Shown here piece by piece: positions 27,146 through 37,308 of a DNA stretch of 64,000 nucleotides. The stretch is taken from contig JBDRNT010000094.1 in NCBI GenBank assembly GCA_043810925.1, positions 14,113 through 78,112 on the forward strand, in the 5' to 3' direction. Every line of letters starts with the position of its first letter. The stretch's first letter is position 1. A model generated the notes under the pieces. It did not search any database. It was not told the DNA's origin and saw only the letters and a list, made by a program, of their open reading frames with translations. The translations under genes were made by a program, and so were the position numbers. Source of the stretch: Candidatus Eiseniibacteriota bacterium (lineage in GTDB: Bacteria; Arandabacterota; Arandabacteria; Arandabacterales; Arandabacteraceae).

Positions 27146-28338
27146 TGAAAACCATTGCAGAGAAGACGGTGATTGCACTCACCGGCAACGATGCCGTTGC
27201 GGAGGCGATGAGGCAGGTCAATCCGGATGTCGTGGCCGCCTATCCGATAACGCCCCAGACCGAGCTCATGCACAAGTTCGCCGACTATGTTTCCGACGGC
27301 TGGGTTAAGACCGAGTTCGTGCTCGTGGAAAGCGAGCACAGTGCAATGAGCGCCGCCGTAGGTGCCTCGGCCGCGGGCGCCAGGGTGATGACCGCTACAT
27401 CTGCCAACGGGCTGGCCCTGATGTGGGAGATCCTCTACATAGCTGCTTCCACGCGTTGCCCGATAGTGATGGGGGTCGTAAACCGCGCCCTGAGCGCACC
27501 CATAAACATACACTGCGACCACAGCGATTCGATGGGTGCAAGAGATGCGGGCTGGATACACCTGCATTCCGAGAACTCACAGGAAGCATACGATAACACT
27601 GTCCAGGCCGTCAGAATCGCCGAGAACAGGGATATCCTGCTGCCGGTGATGGTCTGCCTCGACGGATTCATCTTAAGCCACACGCTCGAGCCGGTTGAGC
27701 TCTTAAAAGACGCGACCGTGCAGAACTTCATCGGGGATTTCAAACCCGTACACGATCTTCTGAATACCGACAAACCGATGACATTCGGACCTCTGGACTT
27801 CCATGATTTCTACTTCGAACACAAGATTCCTCAGATCGAGGCAATGAAGAAAGCGCCGGAGGTTATAAGGAGCGTTGCGGCCGAATTCGAAAGTCTTTCC
27901 GGACGCCACTACGGCCTTGTCGAGCGCTACTTCACTGATGATGCGGAGCGCATAATAGTCGCGATCGGCTCAACATGCGGGACTACAAAGGCGGTCGTCG
28001 ACAAACTCAGGGCCGACGGCCAGAAGGTGGGGCTCCTTAAGATAAGGAGCTTCAGACCGTTTCCGTATGCCGAGGTGAGAGAAGCGCTTTCGGGTGCAAA
28101 GGCGGTCGGGGTTCTCGACAGATCGCATTCATTCGGAGCCCAGGGCGGGCCGGTGATGATCGAAACAAGGTGTGCCCTTTACCACAACGCCGAGGTCCCC
28201 ATCAAAGGCTATATCTACGGTCTCGGCGGACGTGACATGTCCGCGGCGCTTGTCGAGCAGGCATTCGAAGAACTCAAAGCACTGGTCTCGAGCGGCAGAA
28301 GCTCGGATGAAATCGGTTTTCTGGGTGTGAGGGAATAG
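27145..28338 (+). CDS. porA: 2-oxoacid:ferredoxin oxidoreductase alpha subunit
   Basis: AAYPITPQT, VESEHSAMS, NRALSAPINIHCDH. Confidence 0.92.
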   Translation: MKTIAEKTVIALTGNDAVAEAMRQVNPDVVAAYPITPQTELMHKFADYVSDGWVKTEFVLVESEHSAMSAAVGASAAGARVMTATSANGLALMWEILYIAASTRCPIVMGVVNRALSAPINIHCDHSDSMGARDAGWIHLHSENSQEAYDNTVQAVRIAENRDILLPVMVCLDGFILSHTLEPVELLKDATVQNFIGDFKPVHDLLNTDKPMTFGPLDFHDFYFEHKIPQIEAMKKAPEVIRSVAAEFESLSGRHYGLVERYFTDDAERIIVAIGSTCGTTKAVVDKLRADGQKVGLLKIRSFRPFPYAEVREALSGAKAVGVLDRSHSFGAQGGPVMIETRCALYHNAEVPIKGYIYGLGGRDMSAALVEQAFEELKALVSSGRSSDEIGFLGVRE

Positions 28339-28351
28339 GAGGTTTTTTAAA

Positions 28352-29311
28352 GTGGCAAGTCTAAAAGAGCTTTCCAAGCGAGAAGATCTTCTCACCGGTG
28401 GGCACCGGGCCTGTGCGGGGTGCGCCGCGACCATCGTCGCGCGCCAGGTGTTGCTGGCTGCGGGAAAAGATGTGGTCGTGGGATGTGCTACCGGGTGTCT
28501 CGAAGTTGTCACCACGATCTTTCCCTACACAGCGTGGAAGGTGCCCTACATACACAATGCCTTCGAGAACGTGGCCTCCACCGTGAGTGGGGTGGAGTCG
28601 GCCTACAGGTCGCTTAAGCGGCAGGGCAAGATCACCAAGGAAATGAAGTTTATCGCCTTCGGCGGTGACGGCGGTACGTACGATATCGGGCTTCAAGCGC
28701 TTTCGGGGATGGCCGAGCGGGGACACCGGATACTCTACATCTGCTACGACAATGAGGCTTATATGAATACCGGTATCCAGCGCTCGAGCGCTACACCCAT
28801 CGGGGCGGCGACATCGACATGCCCGGCGGGTGACGAGATACCCGGCAAGACCCAGTACCACAAAGACATGACGAAGATCATGGCCGCCCACAGAATTCCC
28901 TATGTCGCCCAGGCATCGCCGAGCAACTATGCGGATCTCATGCGTAAGGTCGAGAAAGCCCTTTCAAAGGACGGCCCGGGTTTCATCAACATCCTGTCAC
29001 CCTGCCACAGGGGCTGGCGTTACCCGATGGAAAAGACGATAGAAATTGCAAGGCTGGCCGTGGAGACGTGTTTCTGGCCGCTCTATGAGTGTGATGAAGG
29101 CGTGTGGAAGATAACCTATATGCCCAAAGAGAAGCTCCCGCTCAGCGAGTTCACCGGCAAGCAGGGCAGGTTCGATCATCTCAAAGACAACCCGGAGGTG
29201 CTCCAGGCAGGACAGGATGAGATCGACAGACGCTGGCGTGAGCTCCAGACACTTTCGGGCATCGGCAATCTCTGTGAAGCTGCGTGCGAAGAGCGTAAGG
29301 ACGGCAATTGA
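28352..29311 (+). CDS. porB: 2-oxoacid:ferredoxin oxidoreductase beta subunit (TPP-binding)
   Basis: GHRACAGC, GGDGGTYDIG, YDNEAYMNTGIQRS. Confidence 0.92.
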   Translation: MASLKELSKREDLLTGGHRACAGCAATIVARQVLLAAGKDVVVGCATGCLEVVTTIFPYTAWKVPYIHNAFENVASTVSGVESAYRSLKRQGKITKEMKFIAFGGDGGTYDIGLQALSGMAERGHRILYICYDNEAYMNTGIQRSSATPIGAATSTCPAGDEIPGKTQYHKDMTKIMAAHRIPYVAQASPSNYADLMRKVEKALSKDGPGFINILSPCHRGWRYPMEKTIEIARLAVETCFWPLYECDEGVWKITYMPKEKLPLSEFTGKQGRFDHLKDNPEVLQAGQDEIDRRWRELQTLSGIGNLCEAACEERKDGN

Positions 29312-29787
29312 GAAGAAGTCCCGCCGATAGTCTGGCTGTGGCGGTCGGCACCGGTATCTACTCCGGCTACTTCCCCATATTTCCCGGCACGGTGGGCAGT
29401 GCCGTCGGGATCGTGCTCTACCTGGTCCTTGTCCGTTTGGGTATTCTCGCCCAGGACTTCTCGGCCGCCTGGCTTGTCACCGTGGGTGTCGTCTTCGCAG
29501 GGGGCGTTCTGTCCGCCCACAGGTGCGAGACCCTGTTCGGTCAGGACAACAAGCGGATCGTGATCGATGAGGTTTGGGGCATGCTGATCGCGCTCTTCAT
29601 GCTGCCCGTGTCCTGGTGGTGGATGCTCTGGGCATTTCTGATCTTCCGTTTTCTCGACATAGTCAAACCCTTTCCGGCACGGCGGGCTGAACGCATGGGC
29701 GGCGGCCTTGCGATCATGCTGGATGACGGCATTGCAGGGGCGTATACAGTTCTTATCCTCCAGATACTAAAAGCCATTCTTGGGTGA
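29308..29787 (+). CDS. pgpA: Phosphatidylglycerophosphatase A
   Basis: PGTVGS, IVIDEVWG, FRFLDIVKP, MLDD. Confidence 0.92.
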   Translation: MRRSPADSLAVAVGTGIYSGYFPIFPGTVGSAVGIVLYLVLVRLGILAQDFSAAWLVTVGVVFAGGVLSAHRCETLFGQDNKRIVIDEVWGMLIALFMLPVSWWWMLWAFLIFRFLDIVKPFPARRAERMGGGLAIMLDDGIAGAYTVLILQILKAILG

Positions 29788-29793
29788 CGACCG

Positions 29794-31050
29794 ATGAGAG
29801 CGAGCATTATCACGATCGGCGATGAGCTAATCGGCGGTGAGACGGTCGACACCAATTCCGTATACCTTGCACGGCGGTTGGGGGAGCTCGGGATCGGCGT
29901 GGTGCGTATTGTCAGCATTGCCGATGATGCGGATGAAATCTCCTCCGAGCTGATGCGTGCCGTGGACGAGGCGGATCTTGTTTTTGTAACCGGGGGCCTC
30001 GGATCGACTGCCGATGATGTTACCAAGTGCGCGGTGGCCCGCGCGACGGGGCGGGAGCCGTTTGTCGATGAGCGCCTGTTGAGTGACCTCAAGGAACGCT
30101 TCAAAGACCACAAAGGTGTCCAGCCATACGTGCTTGAGAACCTGGCGACGCTTCCCGGGGGTTCAAGGCCGCTTGAAAACCCGGTCGGCGCTGCGGCCGG
30201 CCTCGCTGTGTCCTTTAGGGACAGCACGGTATACCTGTTCCCGGGTGTGCCGCGCGAGATGGAAGCGATCTTCGAGGGAACAGTTGTCGGGGAACTCAGA
30301 GAGCGTCGATCCGACGAATTCAGGAAGACGAGGCTCGTGAGGACCATAGGTATAAGTGAATCCCGGATCGCCGAACGGCTGGAGCACATGCTTCCCCTGC
30401 CGGGTATTTCGCTCGGGTCTCTCCCGAGAACGGCCGGTGTTGACTTAAGACTCACTGCGACGGCCGGGAACGAGGCCGAAGCCGACAGCGCCCTTGAAGC
30501 GGCAATCGAGATGATGACCGGACCCCTTGGACGGCAGGTCTATTCGACTGAAGGGGAGGACCTGCATGTCGTTGTCGGCAGGATGCTCATTGAAAAGCGG
30601 AAGACGATTGCTGTTGCCGAGTCATGTACCGGGGGGCTTGTTGCCCATCTTCTGACCGACGTCGCAGGTATCTCAGCGAGTCTCGAGCGTGGAATCGTCT
30701 CGTACAGCAACGAGGCCAAGGTGGAGAGCCTCAATGTCGATGAGGCGCTGATACGCGATCATGGAGCCGTGAGTCCGGAGGTTGCGGATGCGATGGCGCG
30801 CTGTGTCAGACGTCTCGCAGGCACCGACATAGGAGTTTCCACGACCGGGATTGCAGGACCCGCGGGTGGGACTGAGGATAAGCCCGTGGGGCTGGTCTAT
30901 ACGGCACTCGCCTGTGACGAGGGATGCACGGTAAGCAAGAACGTCTTCAGAGGTGCGAGGACCGTCGTAAAGCAGCGGGCCGCGGCACATGTCCTCGATA
31001 TGATAAGATGCCACCTGCTTGATGCGGAGCGTGAGCAATGGACAAGATAA
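29794..31050 (+). CDS. cinA: Competence/damage-inducible protein CinA (MocF + NMN deamidase domains)
   Basis: IGDEL, DTNS, TGGLG, AESCTGG, GAVS, TGIAGP. Confidence 0.92.
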   Translation: MRASIITIGDELIGGETVDTNSVYLARRLGELGIGVVRIVSIADDADEISSELMRAVDEADLVFVTGGLGSTADDVTKCAVARATGREPFVDERLLSDLKERFKDHKGVQPYVLENLATLPGGSRPLENPVGAAAGLAVSFRDSTVYLFPGVPREMEAIFEGTVVGELRERRSDEFRKTRLVRTIGISESRIAERLEHMLPLPGISLGSLPRTAGVDLRLTATAGNEAEADSALEAAIEMMTGPLGRQVYSTEGEDLHVVVGRMLIEKRKTIAVAESCTGGLVAHLLTDVAGISASLERGIVSYSNEAKVESLNVDEALIRDHGAVSPEVADAMARCVRRLAGTDIGVSTTGIAGPAGGTEDKPVGLVYTALACDEGCTVSKNVFRGARTVVKQRAAAHVLDMIRCHLLDAEREQWTR

Positions 31051-31613
31051 GAGCCTTTATAGCCGTCCCGATACCCGATGAGGTCAAGACGGTCGTGGGC
31101 GAGGTTGAAGACGATCTAAGACAAGCCGGCGCGGATGTGAAGTGGGTGGTTCCCGGGAACGTTCACATCACGCTTAAGTTCCTGGGCGACATACTGGTGG
31201 ACAGTGTCGGCGTGCTCGTGCGTGCACTCTCCGACGGCCTCCGGGGCGCCCGTTCCTTTGAGGTCATGCTCGCGGGAACGGGGACCTTTCCCCACGGGCG
31301 GCGGGCGCCGCGGGTGGTGTGGATCGGGATGGAAGACGGGAAGGAGCGCCTGGCTGAAATCGCCGGCAGCGTTGAAGAGGCCTGCTTCCGGCTGGGCTAT
31401 GAGAAGGAGGATAGACCCTTCCGGCCCCACCTTACGATCGGCAGGGTGCGGAGAGATTCCGGCAACCTCGAGCGCCTGAGAGAGCATGTGGAAAAGGTCG
31501 AATTTAAACCCTTGAAACTGGAAGTCAATCGCGTTAATCTCGTAAGAAGTAAGCTCAGCCCCCGAGGGCCTGCCTATACGGTTCTAGAGAGTCTTACTCT
31601 CGAGCGGTCATGA
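31038..31613 (+). CDS. thpR: RNA 2',3'-cyclic phosphodiesterase (2H family)
   Basis: RAFIA and two HxT motifs ([15 protein letters not shown]). Confidence 0.92.
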   Translation: MDKIRAFIAVPIPDEVKTVVGEVEDDLRQAGADVKWVVPGNVHITLKFLGDILVDSVGVLVRALSDGLRGARSFEVMLAGTGTFPHGRRAPRVVWIGMEDGKERLAEIAGSVEEACFRLGYEKEDRPFRPHLTIGRVRRDSGNLERLREHVEKVEFKPLKLEVNRVNLVRSKLSPRGPAYTVLESLTLERS

Positions 31614-31629
31614 GAAGGGAGGTTGGGGT

Positions 31630-32688
31630 ATGGTTTCGAAGCAGAAGTCTGCACGGGTGGAAAAGACAGTTGATCGGTCCGGTAATAAGACCCAGGCACT
31701 TGAGGTCGCGATCACCCAGATAGAGCGGCAGTACGGTAAAGGATCCATAATGCGGCTCGGTGAGGGTGCTACATGCGAAGAGATAGGCATTATCTCTACA
31801 GGTTCAATCGGGCTTGATACCGCGCTCGGGATAGGAGGGGTCCCCCGGGGGAGAGTGGTCGAGGTGTTCGGTCCGGAGTCCTCGGGCAAGACCACGCTCG
31901 TACTTCACATCATTGCAGAGGCACAGAAGACCGGCGGGCTCGCAGCATTCATCGACGCGGAGCACGCGCTCGATCCGTCCTATGCCCGGAAGCTGGGTGT
32001 GGATGTCGATAACCTGCTCGTCTCGCAGCCCGACACGGGTGAGCAGGCACTCGAGATAACCGACATGCTCGTAAGGAGCGGGGCACTCGCTCTGGTTGCC
32101 ATCGACTCGGTGGCCGCACTCGTACCGCGGGCGGAGATCGACGGCGAGATGGGTGAGACCCAGATGGGACTCCAGGCGCGGCTGATGTCTCAGGCCCTGA
32201 GAAAGCTAACGGGAAGTATAAGTAAATCAAGAACTTGTGTGATTTTCGTAAACCAGATTCGAATGAATATCGGTGTGATGTTCGGCAACCCCGAAACAAC
32301 CTCGGGAGGCCGGGCTCTCAAGTTCTACTCATCGGTGCGGATCGACATAAGAAGGATCGGCTCGATCAAGGACCGCGACCAGATGATCGGCAACAGAACA
32401 CGGGCCAAGGTGGTCAAGAACAAGGTGGCGCCGCCGTTTAAAGATGCCGAATTCGACATCATCTATGGTGAGGGTATCTCCCGGGAAGGCGAGCTCATCG
32501 ACCTGGGCATCATCCACAATCTGATCGAGAAGAGCGGGACGTGGTTCTCATTCGGTAAGGAACGCCTGGGCCAGGGCAGGGACAACGCAAGGAAGTACCT
32601 CACAGAGAATGCAGAACTTGCGAACAGTATCGAGACGAGGATCAGGGAGATACTGGAGCTGCCGGCGAAATCAACGCCAAGTGCGTGA
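31630..32688 (+). CDS. recA: Recombinase A
   Basis: [34 protein letters not shown]. Confidence 0.99.
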   Translation: MVSKQKSARVEKTVDRSGNKTQALEVAITQIERQYGKGSIMRLGEGATCEEIGIISTGSIGLDTALGIGGVPRGRVVEVFGPESSGKTTLVLHIIAEAQKTGGLAAFIDAEHALDPSYARKLGVDVDNLLVSQPDTGEQALEITDMLVRSGALALVAIDSVAALVPRAEIDGEMGETQMGLQARLMSQALRKLTGSISKSRTCVIFVNQIRMNIGVMFGNPETTSGGRALKFYSSVRIDIRRIGSIKDRDQMIGNRTRAKVVKNKVAPPFKDAEFDIIYGEGISREGELIDLGIIHNLIEKSGTWFSFGKERLGQGRDNARKYLTENAELANSIETRIREILELPAKSTPSA

Positions 32689-32689
32689 C

Positions 32690-33355
32690 ATGACCCGGTG
32701 TCAGGCTGCACCCACGATATCCGCGGTGGAGAAAGTCTCTCGCAAGCAGGAGTATCTTCTCAGGCTCTCGGACGGCTCCACGATCAGGGTTCTCAAAGAG
32801 CACCTGACGCGTTCCGGACTTGAAGAAGGACGGCCGTTGGGGGAGGATACCAGACGTGAGATCGCCGACTCGTATGAATACGCCAAAGCCAGGGAAATCG
32901 CGCTCCGGCTCCTGAAGACGCGGCCGCGGACAGAGGAGGAATTGAAGCGGCGTTTCCGAAAATCTGATCTCAGGGTGAAGATCTGGGAACGGGTTCTGGA
33001 TGATCTTAAGGACGAGGGGCAGGTAGACGATCGAGTGTTCGCGCAACTCTGGATCAGGGAGAAGATCGGCAGGGCCGGCTCAGGGAGAAAGCGTATCGCA
33101 AGCGACTTAAGATCGAAGGGGATCGACAGGACAATAGTCGAAGAAGAGATCGCCAGGAATTACGATGACGCTGATGAGACCGAGATAGCAAAACGGCTTG
33201 CGATCAAACGGTTGGGCAGGTTGAAATCCCTGCCTGCAGGTGTGGCAAGGCGGCGGATCTACGGTCTTCTTCTGAGACGCGGCTTTCAGTCCGATGTTGC
33301 ATCGGCCGCACTCGAAGCAGCTCTTGAAACGGCAAGCAGGGAAGAGACGACATGA
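32690..33355 (+). CDS. recX: Regulatory protein RecX
   Basis: Directly after recA; RTEEEL, DDRVFA, KGI, LLRRGF. Confidence 0.85.
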   Translation: MTRCQAAPTISAVEKVSRKQEYLLRLSDGSTIRVLKEHLTRSGLEEGRPLGEDTRREIADSYEYAKAREIALRLLKTRPRTEEELKRRFRKSDLRVKIWERVLDDLKDEGQVDDRVFAQLWIREKIGRAGSGRKRIASDLRSKGIDRTIVEEEIARNYDDADETEIAKRLAIKRLGRLKSLPAGVARRRIYGLLLRRGFQSDVASAALEAALETASREETT

Positions 33356-35946
33356 AAGCGGATGAGCTACGCAGATTGTTCTTAGAGTTCTTCAAGGAAC
33401 GGGGTCACACCGTGGTGCCGAGCGCCTCGCTTGTGCCCGAGGGTGATCCCTCGCTTCTTTTCAATATCGCGGGCATGGTCCAGTTCAAGCAGTTTTACGC
33501 AGCCAGGGGGGAGATCCCGTTCACCAGAACCGCTTCGATTCAGAAGTGCCTTAGGGCTAATGATCTTGAAGAGGTGGGCCGTACGATAAAGCACCATACC
33601 TTCTTCGAGATGCTCGGGAATTTCTCCTTCGGCGACTACTTCAAGGAAGAGGCGATTGACTGGGCGTGGGAGTTCCTCACGGAAGTACTCGGGATAGACC
33701 CCGGGCGCCTCTATGTCACGGTCTTCAGGGATGACGACGAAAGTGAGAAGCTGTGGGCCGAGCGCATCGGCGTACCCATGAGCCGCATCTACCGTCTGGA
33801 TGAGTGTGACAACTTCTGGGGTCCGGCGGGTCTTACAGGTGCGTGCGGACCCTGCTCGGAGATCCACTTCGATCTGGGCGAGGACATGGGCTGCGGAAAG
33901 GCCGACTGTACGCCCGCATGCGATTGCGACCGCTTCGTCGAAGTCTGGAACCTGGTGTTCCCTCAGTTCTTCCAGAGGGAAGACGGCAGCCGCGGGCCGC
34001 TGGAACGCAGGGGTGTCGATACGGGCATGGGGCTTGAGCGTCTCGCCATTGTGTGCCAGGGTGTTAAGTCCACCTATGAAACCGATCTCCTTAAGCCCAT
34101 ACGTGACTTCGTCGTGGATGAGGCCGGTCTTGAGACCATGGATGCAATCCAGGAGGTCGGCGCAAGCGTGATCTCCGATCATGCACGGGCGCTTTGCTTC
34201 GCCATAAGCGAGGGAGTGCTCCCGTCCAATGAAGGCCGTGGCTACGTCATACGGCGGATCCTGCGCCGGGCTGTCGTCAAGGCGATGGAGCTGGGAATCG
34301 AAGAAGCGTTCCTGTTCAAGGTGGTCGGCAGGGTGATTGACGTAATGCTGAGTGCATACCCGGAGGTTGCTGAGAACCGGGAGAAGATCGCGCTTATAGT
34401 AAAGACGGATGAGGAACGCTTCCAGAGGACGCTGGCGCGCGGGATGGCGATATTCAAGGATACCTTAAGTGACCTGGACGCCAGGGGAGAAAAGACGATT
34501 TCGGGAGAGACGGTGTTCAAACTCTACGATACGTATGGCTTCCCGGTTGAGATCACGCAGGAGCTCGCGGGGAACCACGGGCTCGCCATCGATCTCGATG
34601 CCTTTGAAAGCGAGATGGAAAAGCAGCGCTGCCGCGCACGGCAGGCGAGCCGGATCGGGGCTGATGGCGAGACCGCCGACGATGTGGTGCGCGCCCCCGA
34701 TAACTTCGTTGGCTACGATAACCTTGAAGTCCCGACCGTGGTCTCGACGATTACCGGCGAAGGTGAAGAGATCGTAATTGAGCTTGAACGAACGCCGTTC
34801 TATCCGGAGGGTGGAGGCCAGGTGGGGGACGTTGGAATCCTGGTCGGAAACAGCGGCAGAGGTACGGTCAAGGAAGTGAGATGGCTGGGCGGAAGCAAGA
34901 TTGCGCATCGCGTCGTGGTTACCCAGGGAAGCCTCAAGGCGGGTGAGGGTGTCGTCGCGAAAGTGGATGTCGCACGGAGAAAGGCAAGCCAGCGAAACCA
35001 CACGGCGACCCATCTTCTGCATGCGGCGCTCAGGTCCGTCCTCGGCGGGCACGTGCGGCAGTCGGGTTCGCTTGTCGGTCCGGACAGACTGCGTTTCGAT
35101 TTCACACACTATGAACCGCTGTCCGATGAGGATGTTGCTGCCATAGAGGACATCGTGAACAGCCGTGTTCTTGACAACATACCCGTCAGGGCATCAATGG
35201 AAGCATTTGAGGATGCAAAGGCGAAGGGCGCCATAGCGTTGTTCGGAGATAAATACGGGCAACAGGTCAGGATGATAGATATCGACCAGACGAGCTGCGA
35301 GCTCTGTGGCGGTACCCATGTCAGGTCAACCGGTGAGATAGGCGGGTTCAGGGTGGTGTCCGAGTCTGGAATCGCGGCCGGCGTGCGGAGGATCGAAGCG
35401 GCGACAGGTGAGGCTGCGATCGCAATCGGCAGGGATGCCGCGAGGGAGCTCGAGCAGATTGCTTCGATTCTCAAGGTGCCGGTCCACGATCTCAGCGACG
35501 GGGCACGCAAGACCATCGAGAAGGTCAAGGCGCTCGAGAAGGAGGTCTCGGAGCTCAGGCAACGGCTGGCCGGAAGCGAGGTCGACGATATACTGGCAAA
35601 CGTCAAGGATGTCGACGGCATCAAGGTCGTGAGTGCCAGGGTTACGGCCCCGAACGTCGAGATACTCAAGCACCTGACCGACAAGATAAAAGAGCGGCTG
35701 CCCTATGGTGTCGTCTGCGTCGGCAGCGCGGTCGGAGACAGGGCGATCATTGTTGTGGGAGTCGACCCCGCGGTGGCCGAAGAGAAGGGTGTCAAGGCGT
35801 CGCTCATAGCAAAGAAGCTCGGGGAGATGGTGGGTGGAAAGGGCGGAGGCAAGGATACATTCGCCCAGGCGGGTGGCAGAAACGTGGACAGTCTGGTTGC
35901 CACGCTTGAGCGGTGTGTGGAGGTGGTAGCAGGTCTTGTCAAGTAA
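33352..35946 (+). CDS. alaS: Alanine--tRNA ligase
   Basis: AGMVQFK, HHTFFEMLGNFSFGDYFK, DTGMGLER, NHTATHL, ELCGGTHV. Confidence 0.99.
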   Translation: MKADELRRLFLEFFKERGHTVVPSASLVPEGDPSLLFNIAGMVQFKQFYAARGEIPFTRTASIQKCLRANDLEEVGRTIKHHTFFEMLGNFSFGDYFKEEAIDWAWEFLTEVLGIDPGRLYVTVFRDDDESEKLWAERIGVPMSRIYRLDECDNFWGPAGLTGACGPCSEIHFDLGEDMGCGKADCTPACDCDRFVEVWNLVFPQFFQREDGSRGPLERRGVDTGMGLERLAIVCQGVKSTYETDLLKPIRDFVVDEAGLETMDAIQEVGASVISDHARALCFAISEGVLPSNEGRGYVIRRILRRAVVKAMELGIEEAFLFKVVGRVIDVMLSAYPEVAENREKIALIVKTDEERFQRTLARGMAIFKDTLSDLDARGEKTISGETVFKLYDTYGFPVEITQELAGNHGLAIDLDAFESEMEKQRCRARQASRIGADGETADDVVRAPDNFVGYDNLEVPTVVSTITGEGEEIVIELERTPFYPEGGGQVGDVGILVGNSGRGTVKEVRWLGGSKIAHRVVVTQGSLKAGEGVVAKVDVARRKASQRNHTATHLLHAALRSVLGGHVRQSGSLVGPDRLRFDFTHYEPLSDEDVAAIEDIVNSRVLDNIPVRASMEAFEDAKAKGAIALFGDKYGQQVRMIDIDQTSCELCGGTHVRSTGEIGGFRVVSESGIAAGVRRIEAATGEAAIAIGRDAARELEQIASILKVPVHDLSDGARKTIEKVKALEKEVSELRQRLAGSEVDDILANVKDVDGIKVVSARVTAPNVEILKHLTDKIKERLPYGVVCVGSAVGDRAIIVVGVDPAVAEEKGVKASLIAKKLGEMVGGKGGGKDTFAQAGGRNVDSLVATLERCVEVVAGLVK

Positions 35947-36136
35947 CGACCCGCGAGAGTCGGACATCAGCATCAAGTGTATCTGGACGTGCGGACTCTG
36001 CAGTGCCGTTTGCCGCGACATGGCGATATCTTACAGGCCGGATTCCGTAGAGGTGGATAAGTCCGTCTGCTCGGGATGTCTTGTCTGTGTCAAGGTGTGC
36101 CCGGCCGGCATGCTGGGGGAAGAGACCTTTGCGTGA
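35936..36136 (+). CDS. Small ferredoxin, probably 2x[4Fe-4S]
   Basis: Eight Cys in CIWTCGLCSAVC and CSGCLVCVKVCP; overlaps the alaS stop and the next start. Confidence 0.8.
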   Translation: MSSNDPRESDISIKCIWTCGLCSAVCRDMAISYRPDSVEVDKSVCSGCLVCVKVCPAGMLGEETFA

Positions 36137-37307
36137 TTTCGATGTCGTTGTAGTTGGGGGTGGATGCTCGGGTCTGTGGGCGGCGAGGGCGGCGGCCATG
36201 GCCGGCGCGAACACGCTGCTCGTTGAGAAAGCCACGCGCATCGGCGAACGTATCGTGTGTGCGGAGGGTGTGGGTGCCGATGGCATGGCTGAGCTCGTGG
36301 ATCTTAAGCCCGAATGGGTAGCAACAACCATAGACCGGGTGAATCTGTTTGCCCCCGGCGAGAAAACCGTAGAGTTCACGGAGCAGGGTTGCGGTTACGT
36401 GCTCAACAAGGGGATTTTCCTTCTCGGGCTCTCGCGTATGGCCGCGGAGGCCGGTGTCGAGATGTGGCCGGGGACCCGGGCGACTGCGGTAAAGGCGCTG
36501 GATTCAGGTGGTGTACGGATCGACGTCGAAGCACCGGGCCGTAATCGAACGATAACGGCCGGAGCGGTGGTCGCTGCCGACGGTGTTGAAGCTTCCATTG
36601 CAAGACAGGTGGGGATACATGACGGCCTCCGGGCTGAAGACGTTTTCTCATGCGCGCAGTATACGGTTGCCCCGATCGATGCGGACCCTCATACGGTGGA
36701 ATTTCACTTCGGAACGGAAATATCCCCCGGCGGATACGCCTGGGTCTTCCCAAAGGGTGATTCAGTCGCCAATGTCGGTGTCGGTGTCATCCCCGGTGTG
36801 TCCGCTGATCGTAAGCCCGCCGAATACCTTGAGACGTTTAAGCGTCGTCGTTGTCCGGAATCGAAGATACTCGCTTATGTGGTAGGAGGGGTGCCGACCG
36901 TCAAGGACCCGTCGAGGGCGTCGAAGTCGGGAGTCTTCCTGGCCGGGGACGCTGCGGGGATCACGGACCCGGTCTCGGGCGCGGGAATCGTGCCGGGAAT
37001 GGAGTCGGGGGCCGTGGCCGGTGAGCATGCCGTCAGGTATGCTGCGACCGGCAGTGATGGCCGTGCCGTGGAAAAGGAGTTCGCCGCGAGCCTCAAATCA
37101 CTTCTCAAGGACCGGCGCATCAGGTACGCTGTCAGAAAGGTGCTGTCCAATATGGACGATAAGGAACTTGCCAGGATGATCGAGGCCACCGGTGAGTATG
37201 TGGCCGGCGGCAAGACGATACGGGGCGATCCGTTCCGGCTTGTGAAATTTATGGTCAAGGTAATGCCGAACACGTTTGGGATCATCAAACACATTGTGAG
37301 GGTCTAA
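36129..37307 (+). CDS. Geranylgeranyl reductase family FAD oxidoreductase (archaeal DGGGPL reductase-like)
   Basis: DVVVVGGGxxG, CAEG, AADG, PGGYAWVFPKG (PxxYxWxFP), GDAAG...PVSGAGI; probable TTG start at 36129. Confidence 0.85.
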   Translation: MRDFDVVVVGGGCSGLWAARAAAMAGANTLLVEKATRIGERIVCAEGVGADGMAELVDLKPEWVATTIDRVNLFAPGEKTVEFTEQGCGYVLNKGIFLLGLSRMAAEAGVEMWPGTRATAVKALDSGGVRIDVEAPGRNRTITAGAVVAADGVEASIARQVGIHDGLRAEDVFSCAQYTVAPIDADPHTVEFHFGTEISPGGYAWVFPKGDSVANVGVGVIPGVSADRKPAEYLETFKRRRCPESKILAYVVGGVPTVKDPSRASKSGVFLAGDAAGITDPVSGAGIVPGMESGAVAGEHAVRYAATGSDGRAVEKEFAASLKSLLKDRRIRYAVRKVLSNMDDKELARMIEATGEYVAGGKTIRGDPFRLVKFMVKVMPNTFGIIKHIVRV

Positions 37308-37308
37308 G